Shown in pieces: positions 25,196 to 33,305 of a stretch of DNA of 64,000 bases. The DNA is from an uncultured Bacillota bacterium (GTDB lineage Bacteria; Bacillota_I; Bacilli_A; RF39; UBA660): positions 2,521 through 66,520 of the forward strand of contig CAOJZV010000006.1 in NCBI GenBank assembly GCA_948466255.1. Direction: 5' to 3'. Positions within the stretch are counted from its first letter, which is position 1. Every line of letters starts with the position of its first letter. The translations under genes were made by a program, and so were the position numbers. The notes under the pieces were generated by a model. The model was not told the origin of the DNA and ran no database searches. It saw only the letters and a program-made list of their open reading frames with translations.

Positions 25196-26285
25196 ATGGA
25201 ATTTAAAGAACTATTAGTAATTTATAGTGATTATAAAAATAGAATAAATGATTTATGGAGGTCTCTTTGACTCTAATTCTAAACAAAAAAGAATGGATGA
25301 ATTAGATAAAATAATGAAGGAAGATAACTTTTGGAATGATAAAAGAAAAAGCGAAACAGTTATTTCTGAATATAATTATTTAAAAAAATTATTAGAAGAA
25401 ACTAGTAATTTGAAAGAAGAAATTGAATTTCATAATGATTCTTTAGGAAATTCTGAGCTTGAAAGTGACGAATCAAATTGGGCTTTAGATGAATATAAAA
25501 ATTTAGGCCAAAGATTAGATGAACTCGAACTTCAAATTTTACTTAGTGGACAGTATGATAAAAATGATGCGGTATTAGAAATACATTCAGGAGCAGGTGG
25601 AACTGAAGCTTGTGACTGGGCAAATATGCTTTATCGTATGTATACAAGATGGTGTGAAAAGAAAGGTTATAAGATAGAAGTTATTGATGAACAGCCTGGA
25701 ACTGAAGTTGGAATTAAAAGTGTTTCTTTAATTGTTAAAGGTCTTAATGCTTTTGGTTATCTTCAAGGTGAAAAGGGAATTCATAGGCTTGTTAGAATTT
25801 CACCGTTTGACAGCAATTCAAGAAGACATACTTCTTTTGCAGCGGTTGAGGTAACACCAGTAATAGATGATGATGCTGATCTTGAAATTGATGAAAAAGA
25901 TATTAGAGTAGATGTTTATCGTAGTTCTGGCGCAGGTGGACAGGGCGTTAATACAACCGATAGTGCAGTTAGGATAACACATTTACCAACAAAAATAATT
26001 GTTACGTGTCAAAATGAACGTAGTCAAATTCAAAATAAAGAAAAGTGTATGCAAATACTTAAAAGTAAATTATTGAAAATAAAAGCAGAAGAAAAGGAAG
26101 CTGAAATGAAAGAATTAAAAGGTGAATTAAAAGAAATTAATTTTGGCTCACAAATTAGAAGTTATGTTATGTGTCCATATACTTTAGTTAAAGATCATCG
26201 AACTAACGCTGAAGATGTTAATGTATCTAAAGTATTGGATGGGGATATAGATTTATTTATAAAAGAATATTTAAAGGAGAAGTAG
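25196..26285 (+). CDS. prfB: Peptide chain release factor 2, requires a programmed +1 frameshift at 25265-25271
   Basis: ORF0 ([24 protein letters not shown]) ends at CTT TGA C (25265-25271), preceded by the SD-like GGAGG (25257-25261). The +1 frame continues [12 protein letters not shown] and carries the SPF and GGQ motifs ([16 protein letters not shown]). Confidence 0.95.
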
Positions 26286-26287
26286 AT

Positions 26288-27166
26288 ATGCTACTAAAAA
26301 ATACTTTTGATGATAAAAAAATCGTTAAAGAAGTTTATAGTAATGATCGTTTAAAAAGATATACCTTATTTTTTCTAGGCGTTTTAATTCAGGCTATAGC
26401 TTTTAATGTATTTATTTTACCAAGCCATATGTCTTTTGGCGTCAGTGGTATTGCTGTCGTTTTAAAGCAATTAATTGGTGTTAATCCATCGTTTGTTATT
26501 TTGCTTGCTAATATACTTTTAGTAATTGCGAGTTTTGTTTATTTAGGAAAATCAGTAACAAGTAAAACTATTGTTGGTTCAATACTATATCCATTATTAG
26601 TTGAATTTACAGTATTTTTACCTGGGGTAATAAATTTGGGTGATACTGAGCCAGTTATTATTGCATTATCAGGAGCAGTATTATATGGTATTGGATGTGG
26701 CTTTGTATTTAAAACTGGATATACAACCGGGGGCTCTGATGTTTTAAAACAAATTATTTCACAATACGGAAAAAAATCAATGGGACAAGCAACATTATAT
26801 GTTGAGGGTTGCGTTGTTACATTATGTTTATTTGTGTTTGGTTGGCAAGCATTTATATATTCAATTATTTCTTTGTATGTAATTAGTGTTCTTACAGATA
26901 AAGTAATACTTGGAATATCAAAGTATAAGACTTTTCAAATTGTAACACATAAAGAAAAAGAGGTTAAACAATTTATTTTAAATCAATTACATCATGGTGT
27001 AACTATTTTAGAAAGTCATGGTGGATATACCGGGAAGGAAAAGAAAATAATTCTTTGTACAATTCCTACAAAAAGGTATTTCTTATTAAAAGAAGGTATT
27101 TTAAAAATTGACAATAAAGCATTCTTTATTGTTACAGATACCTATGAAGTTGAAGGCGGAGGATAG
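26288..27166 (+). CDS. YitT family membrane protein (DUF2179 C-terminal domain)
   Basis: 5-TM N-terminal part and a C-terminal GVTILESHGGYTGKEKKIILCTI module typical of YitT/YqfU proteins. Confidence 0.7.
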   Translation: MLLKNTFDDKKIVKEVYSNDRLKRYTLFFLGVLIQAIAFNVFILPSHMSFGVSGIAVVLKQLIGVNPSFVILLANILLVIASFVYLGKSVTSKTIVGSILYPLLVEFTVFLPGVINLGDTEPVIIALSGAVLYGIGCGFVFKTGYTTGGSDVLKQIISQYGKKSMGQATLYVEGCVVTLCLFVFGWQAFIYSIISLYVISVLTDKVILGISKYKTFQIVTHKEKEVKQFILNQLHHGVTILESHGGYTGKEKKIILCTIPTKRYFLLKEGILKIDNKAFFIVTDTYEVEGGG

Positions 27167-27181
27167 AAAGAAGGATGATTT

Positions 27182-27865
27182 ATGGAATTAATTAGATTAA
27201 CTAATGTTAAAAAAACATATAAAACTGGGGTAACTGCGATTCAGGATTTAAATTTATCTATTAATAAAGGTGAATTTGTATTTATTATAGGTTCAACTGG
27301 ATGTGGGAAGAGTACCCTTATAAAAATGCTTTATCGCGAGGAAAAACCAAACTCTGGTCAAATTATTGTTGGTGGAGTAGATGTTGGGAAATTAAGAAAT
27401 GGTAAGGTTTATAAAATAAGAAGAAAGATTGGGGTAGTATTTCAAGACTTTAAATTATTACCTAAATCTACTGTTTATGAAAATGTAGCTTTTGCTTTAG
27501 AAATTTTTGGTGTACCTAAGGCAGAAATTCATTCTAAAGTTGTTAAAGTTTTGGATCTTGTTGGACTTAAACATAAAATTAAAAGTTATCCTAATGAACT
27601 TTCGGGTGGAGAACAACAACGTGTAGCAATAGCTCGCGCGATTGTTAATGGACCTAAACTATTAATTTGTGATGAGCCTACAGGTAACTTAGATCCAAAT
27701 ACTAGTATGGAAATTATGAAAGTTTTAGAAGAAATTAATAAACTTGGAACAACTATAATTATGGTTACTCATAGTATTGATATTGTTAAGGAACTAAATA
27801 AAAGGGTTATTGTTTTAGACTCAGGAAGAGTACTTAAAGATTATGCAGAAGGGACGTATAGATAA
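27182..27865 (+). CDS. ftsE: Cell division ATP-binding protein FtsE
   Basis: Walker [13 protein letters not shown] signature LSGGEQQRV and Walker [13 protein letters not shown]. It lies directly upstream of ftsX. Confidence 0.9.
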   Translation: MELIRLTNVKKTYKTGVTAIQDLNLSINKGEFVFIIGSTGCGKSTLIKMLYREEKPNSGQIIVGGVDVGKLRNGKVYKIRRKIGVVFQDFKLLPKSTVYENVAFALEIFGVPKAEIHSKVVKVLDLVGLKHKIKSYPNELSGGEQQRVAIARAIVNGPKLLICDEPTGNLDPNTSMEIMKVLEEINKLGTTIIMVTHSIDIVKELNKRVIVLDSGRVLKDYAEGTYR

Positions 27866-28764
27866 TGAAGACATTTAGAATTATTGGAAGAAATTTTAGG
27901 GATGCCTTTAAAGGTGTATTTAGGAACTTTTCTTTATCACTTGCTTCAATATCATGTATTACAATAACCCTTATTGTTGTAGCTGTTTCAATTATACTTT
28001 CTTATAATGTTGATAATTTTACTAATTTAGTTGAAAAAGATGTTACGATTGTTTCATTTTTAGATAATGATTTAAGTGATGAAAAAATAGATGAAATTAA
28101 AGATCAAATTAGTGTAATTAATAATGTAGATAAATATGAATTTATTTCTAAAACAGATATTACTAAAGATATGATGGAATCTTCTGATGTTTTTGAAAGT
28201 ATTATGAAAAACTGGTCTGATGAAGAAAATCCAATTCAAAATACTTTCCAAGTTAAAGTTAAAAACATTGAAGATATTGACAATGTAGCAAAGGAAATTA
28301 AACAAATTGATGGTGTTACACTTGTTAAATATGGTGAAGGTATGGTTGAACAATTAATTTCTGTATTCGATATTGTTCATAAAGTTTGTGTAATTTCAGT
28401 AATTGCTTTAGTTTTAGTTACTGCCTTCTTAATTTCTAATACAATTAAAATTACAATTAATTCAAGGCAAAGAGAAATAAGTATTATGAGACTTATTGGG
28501 GCATCTAACTTAAATATTAGAATTCCATTTATTATTGAAGGTTTAATATTAGGTGCTTTAGGAGCCATTATTCCTATTATTGGAACTATTTATGGCTATA
28601 ATGCTCTTTATCATAATTTTAATGGACAATTATTCAGTCCATTCATTAAACTTATTCAACCTACACCTTTTGTATATACTATTTCATTAATTTTACTAGG
28701 AATTGGTATTTTAGTAGGTATGTTTGGCTCTTGGAGAGCTGTTAGAAAACACTTAAAGATTTAA
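27865..28764 (+). CDS. ftsX: Cell division permease-like protein FtsX
   Basis: 4-TM FtsX topology with a large extracellular loop. The start overlaps the ftsE stop. Confidence 0.85.
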   Translation: MKTFRIIGRNFRDAFKGVFRNFSLSLASISCITITLIVVAVSIILSYNVDNFTNLVEKDVTIVSFLDNDLSDEKIDEIKDQISVINNVDKYEFISKTDITKDMMESSDVFESIMKNWSDEENPIQNTFQVKVKNIEDIDNVAKEIKQIDGVTLVKYGEGMVEQLISVFDIVHKVCVISVIALVLVTAFLISNTIKITINSRQREISIMRLIGASNLNIRIPFIIEGLILGALGAIIPIIGTIYGYNALYHNFNGQLFSPFIKLIQPTPFVYTISLILLGIGILVGMFGSWRAVRKHLKI

Positions 28765-28783
28765 TTTATTTAAATCTTTTTTT
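28755..28783 (+). terminator. Intrinsic terminator after ftsX
   Basis: AAAGATTTAA / TTAAATCTTT 10-bp stem followed by a T-run. It overlaps the stop codon. Confidence 0.65.
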
Positions 28784-28844
28784 GTTATATAAAAGTAGCA
28801 AAAAAATGCGCACATCTTTTTACGAATTTTCTTCTTAAAAACAC

Positions 28845-28875
28845 TTGCCAAAACTAGGGGGGGGGGGGGTATAAT
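28845..28875 (+). promoter_or_regulatory. Promoter with a G13 homopolymer in its spacer (candidate phase-variable switch)
   Basis: TTGCCA (28845-28850), a 19-nt spacer AAACTA+G13 (G tract at 28857-28869), then TATAAT (28870-28875). A GGTGA SD and ATG 28903 follow. Confidence 0.6.
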
Positions 28876-28902
28876 ATATTTAAGATAAACCAAGGTGATA
28901 AA

Positions 28903-29766
28903 ATGAGAAGAAGAAAAAGAAGAAAACAAAGAAAAATAATAATAATATCAAGTTTAATATTATTATTTATAATAACCGTAGGATATGCAGCATTTCAAAC
29001 AAATATAAATATAACAGCTAAAGGGAATATAAAAGTATTATTTCAAAAAGTTAAATTTAAGACACAACTTTTAGAAAATAATACTTTTGAAAATGGAATT
29101 AGTAATTGGGATAAATACGGATGTAGCTCAGGAGGTTATGAAGTAAGTTCTACAGTTAAATATAATGGATATAATTCGATGCGAGTATTTGAAAATAGTG
29201 GCTCACAAGTTAGTTGTTGGAATGGGATAGCACAAAAATTAAATAGATCGTATGATACAACTAAAACATATGAGACATCGGCCTATGTTTATCGTGATTC
29301 AACTAGTACCTATGGTGATTTGAATAATAAAATAAGAATTTATCATAATATGCTTAAAGATGGTGCTTCTGTTTCAGGATGGCTTTATATGAATAATAGT
29401 AAGAGTAGTGCTATTGAAATTACTAAAAATAGGTTAATTGATAAAACTTGGGTATATATTGAGGATTTCAACAAGGGTATAATTTCTGGCGTAAAAGGGG
29501 ATGCAATTTGGGGATATAGATTTGATTATAGTGCAACGGCTGTAAGAGATTCAGCTAGTTCTGTATGGATTGCACTGCCTAAATTTTTTGAAGTTGAGGA
29601 AAAGGAAATAAGAAAATTTTCTAAAATAGGGCAATTACCAAGTGCAAATAAAGCAGGCTACACTTTTGCCGGTTGGTATACTGAAGAAAGTGGTGGAGAA
29701 AAAATTGATGAAAATTTTAAAGTGACTGAGGATATAATTTTATATGCTAGATTTACTAAAAATTAG
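28903..29766 (+). CDS. Secreted/surface protein: basic N-terminus plus signal-anchor, CBM-like central domain, C-terminal Listeria-Bacteroides (Flg_new) repeat
   Basis: MRRRKRRKQRK followed by a hydrophobic helix. The central NNTFENGISNWDKYG segment resembles CBM4/9-type sugar-binding modules. The C-terminus AGYTFAGWYTEESGGEKIDENFKVTEDIILYARF is the TIGR02543-type repeat. Confidence 0.65.
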   Translation: MRRRKRRKQRKIIIISSLILLFIITVGYAAFQTNINITAKGNIKVLFQKVKFKTQLLENNTFENGISNWDKYGCSSGGYEVSSTVKYNGYNSMRVFENSGSQVSCWNGIAQKLNRSYDTTKTYETSAYVYRDSTSTYGDLNNKIRIYHNMLKDGASVSGWLYMNNSKSSAIEITKNRLIDKTWVYIEDFNKGIISGVKGDAIWGYRFDYSATAVRDSASSVWIALPKFFEVEEKEIRKFSKIGQLPSANKAGYTFAGWYTEESGGEKIDENFKVTEDIILYARFTKN

Positions 29767-29778
29767 TAAATCTTTTTT
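29749..29778 (+). terminator. Intrinsic terminator of the surface-protein cassette
   Basis: AGATTTACTAA / TTAGTAAATCT 11-bp stem spanning the stop codon, followed by T6. Confidence 0.65.
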
Positions 29779-29823
29779 GTTATATTATTTTATTTTTATA
29801 CATATAATTACGTGGGTGATATT

Positions 29824-30606
29824 ATGGGATTTAATGTAGGAGATTTAGTTACGCGTAATTCTTATGGCAATGATGTGGTTTTTAGAATTACTGCTATAAA
29901 TGGGGATGATGTTATATTAAAAGGAATGAATATTAGACTTGTAGCAGATGCAGATATGTCTGATTTAAAAAAACATTCAAATGAGGATGTAGAAGATGAG
30001 CAGGAATTTTTAAGCAGGCTAGAAACTGTTCCTGATTTAAATCGTAATGATTATTTTTATTTACCAGGAAAAATTCTTCATATTGATAGCGATACGGATT
30101 ATTTAAAAAGGTGTTTAGATTATTATAAAAAAATAAATATTTGGGCAATGGGTATTAATGAAAAAGAAGATAGAATTGCTGATAACATAATAGATTTGCT
30201 TGAAGAATATAAACCAAATATTGTAGTTATTACTGGGCATGATGCTTATTATAAACGTAAAGGAAAACAAGATGATATTAATGCTTATAAAAGTAGTTCT
30301 TATTTTGCTGATGCAATTAAGAAAGCAAGAGAATATGAAGCTAGCCATGAAAAATTAATTATTATTGCAGGGGCTTGTGGATCATACTATGAAGAGTTAA
30401 TAAAATCAGGGGCTAATTTTGCCTCTAGTCCTAAAAGAGTTAATATTCACGCTTTAGACCCTGCAATTGTAGCCGCTAAAATGAGTTTATCTGATATAAA
30501 TAAAGATATTGATTTAAAAAGCATTTTAGAAAAAACTAAGTATGGTAAAGATGGTATTGGGGGAATTATTACGAAAGGAACAATGCATGTTGGATATCCT
30601 AGATAA
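29824..30606 (+). CDS. yabG: Sporulation-specific protease YabG (peptidase U57)
   Basis: VVITGHDAYYKRKG and IIAGACGSYYEELIKSGANFASSP, the conserved YabG blocks. A GTG at 29812 is an alternative start. Confidence 0.85.
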   Translation: MGFNVGDLVTRNSYGNDVVFRITAINGDDVILKGMNIRLVADADMSDLKKHSNEDVEDEQEFLSRLETVPDLNRNDYFYLPGKILHIDSDTDYLKRCLDYYKKINIWAMGINEKEDRIADNIIDLLEEYKPNIVVITGHDAYYKRKGKQDDINAYKSSSYFADAIKKAREYEASHEKLIIIAGACGSYYEELIKSGANFASSPKRVNIHALDPAIVAAKMSLSDINKDIDLKSILEKTKYGKDGIGGIITKGTMHVGYPR

Positions 30607-30625
30607 AGGTGTATGTGATAATAGT

Positions 30626-30835
30626 ATGATTAGAAAGGCTTTAAGTAGCTATATTGGTAAAGTGGTCACTATTAACTATAATTTAGGTAGAAATAAATAT
30701 GAGTCTTATAAAGCTGAAATAAAAAAATTATATAATCAAGTATTTTTAGTCGAGGTATTAGATGAAAATAAAAGCATAAAATCTTTCTCATATGCTGATA
30801 TTATTACAAAAACAATTAAAATTTTGGATAAATAG
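30626..30835 (+). CDS. veg: Veg protein (DUF1021)
   Basis: IGKVVTINYNLGRNKYESYKAEIKKLYNQVFLVEVLDENKSIKSFSYADIITKTIKI aligns with B. subtilis Veg (SYSYADILTETVEL). An alternative start at 30587 overlaps the yabG end. Confidence 0.8.
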   Translation: MIRKALSSYIGKVVTINYNLGRNKYESYKAEIKKLYNQVFLVEVLDENKSIKSFSYADIITKTIKILDK

Positions 30836-30901
30836 TTGTTTTTTCAGTAAAAATATTGTATACTGAAGATGTAATATAAGGTCCAGAAGGGAGAGGTTAA
30901 C

Positions 30902-31168
30902 TTGAAAATTACATCAGTAAACGTTAGAAAAATAGAAAAGGAAAATTCACGTATCCGTGGAATCGCATCTGTAGTTTTAGATGATTGCTTTGCTGTTCAC
31001 GGTATTAGAATCATTGAAGGGGATGCTGGATTATTTATCGCTATGCCTAGTCGTAAAACTACTAACGATGAATATCACGATATTGCACATCCAATAACAC
31101 AAGATTGCCGTAAAATGTTTGAAGATGCAATCACTGAAGAATATAATAATTTAAAAGAAGATGAATAG
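30902..31168 (+). CDS. spoVG: Septation/sporulation regulator SpoVG
   Basis: MKITSVNVRKIEKENSRIRGIASVVLDDCFAVHGIRIIEGDAGLFIAMPSRK is canonical SpoVG. The start is TTG, after a GGGAGAGG SD. Confidence 0.92.
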   Translation: MKITSVNVRKIEKENSRIRGIASVVLDDCFAVHGIRIIEGDAGLFIAMPSRKTTNDEYHDIAHPITQDCRKMFEDAITEEYNNLKEDE

Positions 31169-31209
31169 TCTTCTTTTTTCTTGCATATAATTTTCTAGGA
31201 GGGAACATT

Positions 31210-31497
31210 ATGGACAAGATGGATGCAATTTCTTCATTAACGCATTCTATTACGCTTAATGAAAGAAAAAATATAATTATAACAGGTGTTAAAAAAATTG
31301 ATAGTTTTGATGAAGATGAATTTTATTTGGAAACAACGATGGGGGACTTAATAATTAAAGGTGAAGAACTCGAAATAATTAAACTTGATACTTATCAAGG
31401 TAATGTTTCCATTAAAGGTAAAGTAGATAGTTTAAACTATACAGAAAATGGAAAAAAGGATAAGGAAAGCGGAGTATTTACAAAGTTATTTAAATAA
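31210..31497 (+). CDS. yabP: Sporulation protein YabP
   Basis: ITLNERKNIIITGVKKIDSFDEDEFYLETTMGDLIIKGEELEIIKLD matches the YabP family. Confidence 0.85.
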   Translation: MDKMDAISSLTHSITLNERKNIIITGVKKIDSFDEDEFYLETTMGDLIIKGEELEIIKLDTYQGNVSIKGKVDSLNYTENGKKDKESGVFTKLFK

Positions 31498-31769
31498 TGG
31501 ATTTATCTATTCAAATTATAACTTTGCTTTTTTCCTTTTTATTTGGAATCTTTTTTTCTTTATTTGTAGGTGTAAACTATAAAATTATTTATAATGATAA
31601 AAAATGGATAAAATTAATAGGAACTTTTCTAGTAGTATTGATTAGTATCCTTGTATATTTTGTTTTGCTTAGGAAAATAAATTATGCGGCTTTTCATCCT
31701 TATCTTTTACTTGCTATTGTTCTTGGTTATTACCTAGAGAAAATAATTGCCAATCATTTTAAAAAATGA
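31497..31769 (+). CDS. yabQ: Spore cortex biosynthesis protein YabQ
   Basis: 90-aa, 3-TM protein immediately after yabP with start/stop overlap. The call rests on position and topology. Confidence 0.65.
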   Translation: MDLSIQIITLLFSFLFGIFFSLFVGVNYKIIYNDKKWIKLIGTFLVVLISILVYFVLLRKINYAAFHPYLLLAIVLGYYLEKIIANHFKK

Positions 31770-31797
31770 TATACTTTTATTAGAATATGGTGATGAT

Positions 31798-32247
31798 ATG
31801 GCAAATAAAAAGATGAGTAAGTCGTCAAAAAGACGTTTAACGGTTATTACCCCAATTGTTATTTTAGCAATTGGGTATTGTGCATTTACTCTTATTACAA
31901 CTGCTATATCAATTTATAAGTTAAATGTTGAAGAGGCTGAATTAAAAGAAGAGCTTAATAATTTGAAAGGTGATTCTAAAGATTTAAAGAATGAAATAAA
32001 TAGATTACAAGATAAAGATTATGTAGCTAGATATGCAAGAGAAAATTATTTATATACTAGAGATGGTGAATATGTAATTAAGGCCCTTGATGAAGATGAA
32101 AAGAAAAAAGAAAATAAATTTGAAATTAAGGATGAATATATAATGGGCGGATGTATTTTATTAGGTACATTAGTATTGTTTTATATAATTTTGAAAGTTA
32201 AAAAAAGTAAGAAAAAGAAAAAACTTAAGAAGAAAAGAAAAAAGTAA
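31798..32247 (+). CDS. divIC: Septum formation initiator DivIC/FtsB family, with an extra C-terminal TM helix and polylysine tail
   Basis: N-terminal TM helix plus the coiled coil LNVEEAELKEELNNLKGDSKDLKNEINRLQDKDYVARYARENY. It sits in the syntenic position after yabQ. ATG 31798 follows a GGTGATGA SD. Confidence 0.75.
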   Translation: MANKKMSKSSKRRLTVITPIVILAIGYCAFTLITTAISIYKLNVEEAELKEELNNLKGDSKDLKNEINRLQDKDYVARYARENYLYTRDGEYVIKALDEDEKKKENKFEIKDEYIMGGCILLGTLVLFYIILKVKKSKKKKKLKKKRKK

Positions 32248-32487
32248 TATAAAAAATTTATATATTTACCAACTTTCCCTTTTTGTAGGTTAAAGTTTTA
32301 CAAATTTACCAAATTTGTCTATAACAGATTTGGTTTTTTGGTATGAAAAAGTGTTTCAAAAATGCTAAATTTGTCATTTGACCTTTATTTATAACTAGTT
32401 TATATTATTTTCTCGGAAACATTTGTAACCGCTGTCGGTGTCTACCTTTCATTTTTTCAGGGGGTTTCCTGAAAGGAGGGGTTTGGT

Positions 32488-32571
32488 ATGCTTACAAAAA
32501 AAGATTTTATAATCCTAGTACTGTTAGTTATTATCATTTTACTGATTATCCTTCTTTTAAAGAATGGGTAG
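32488..32571 (+). CDS. 27-aa hydrophobic peptide (candidate type I toxin), copy 2
   Basis: Translation: MLTKKDFIILVLLVIIILLIILLLKNG. The SD AAGGAGG (32473-32479) is partly paired in a CCTTTCA/TGAAAGG hairpin (32445-32451 with 32470-32476). Promoter TTGACC (32378-32383), 17 nt, TATATT (32401-32406). Confidence 0.45.
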   Translation: MLTKKDFIILVLLVIIILLIILLLKNG

Positions 32572-32574
32572 TTA

Positions 32575-32679
32575 ATAAAGAAAGACACCCCGCTTTAAGC
32601 AGAGTGTCTTTCTGGTCAAAAAACTAGGTAGACATTGATATGTTACAATGTTTCCTTTTTTATGAGGAATTCCCCCATT
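32575..32679 (-). ncRNA. Putative antisense (antitoxin) sRNA, copy 2
   Basis: Minus-strand promoter TTGTAA (complement of 32709-32714), 17 nt, TATATT (complement of 32686-32691). The AAAGACAC...GTGTCTTT hairpin (32581-32611) acts as a bidirectional terminator. The ends are predicted only. Confidence 0.35.
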
Positions 32680-32718
32680 AATTAAAATATATCATATTTG
32701 TTAAAATATTACAACATT

Positions 32719-33297
32719 TTATAGTTTAAAATCTTTTGTGTCGTCATCACTCATATTTTTACCATCGAAATATAATTTTGGTTTAAATTTAAATATTAAC
32801 GCAATGATATTAGATGGAAATCTTTTAACTAACTTATTATAGTCAGTAATGATATCGTTATAATATTTTCTAAATGCAACTATTTCAGCTTCTGATTCAC
32901 TTAATGAAATATCGATTTTAGTAAACACTTCACTTTTTTTAAGTTCTGGATGTTCTTCTTTGTGTTTATTAAATTCTTTGATACCTTCATATAATCTTCT
33001 ATCTAAATCAAAATTTGATAACTTTCTAGATCTTAATTTAACAATAATTGTTAAAATATCGCCTTCAATTTTGGTATTAGCTTTAATGATATCGATTGAT
33101 TTATTAAGTAAATCAAATCTTGTTCTTAATGTTGAATCAATATTAGCTTCAGCTTCATTTATTCTAATAATATAGTTTTGAAAATTATTATATGTACCTG
33201 CAATTAATAATCCCAAAATAAAGATAATAAAAAAACTTGCTAATGTAATGATTAATGTTGTCATACTACCACCTAAAATCATTATAGCAAATTTCAT
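32719..33297 (-). CDS. lemA: LemA family protein
   Basis: N-terminal TM helix, then YNNFQNYIIRINEAEANIDSTLRTRFDLLNKSIDIIK, the LemA signature. Confidence 0.75.
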   Translation of the reverse strand: MKFAIMILGGSMTTLIITLASFFIIFILGLLIAGTYNNFQNYIIRINEAEANIDSTLRTRFDLLNKSIDIIKANTKIEGDILTIIVKLRSRKLSNFDLDRRLYEGIKEFNKHKEEHPELKKSEVFTKIDISLSESEAEIVAFRKYYNDIITDYNKLVKRFPSNIIALIFKFKPKLYFDGKNMSDDDTKDFKL

Positions 33298-33305
33298 TAT
33301 CTATT

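Larger units (their letters stand above)
32268..32714. repeat. Intergenic module copy 2 (inverted relative to copy 1)
   Basis: Reverse-complement match to 24656-25100. Confidence 0.9.

Noticed and set aside
24996-25217. 73-aa plus-strand ORF between yutD and prfB
   Set aside because: It spans the inner end of module copy 1 (terminator hairpin and toxin promoter on the other strand) and the prfB promoter/SD. The equivalent region of copy 2 has no corresponding ORF, and there is no SD.
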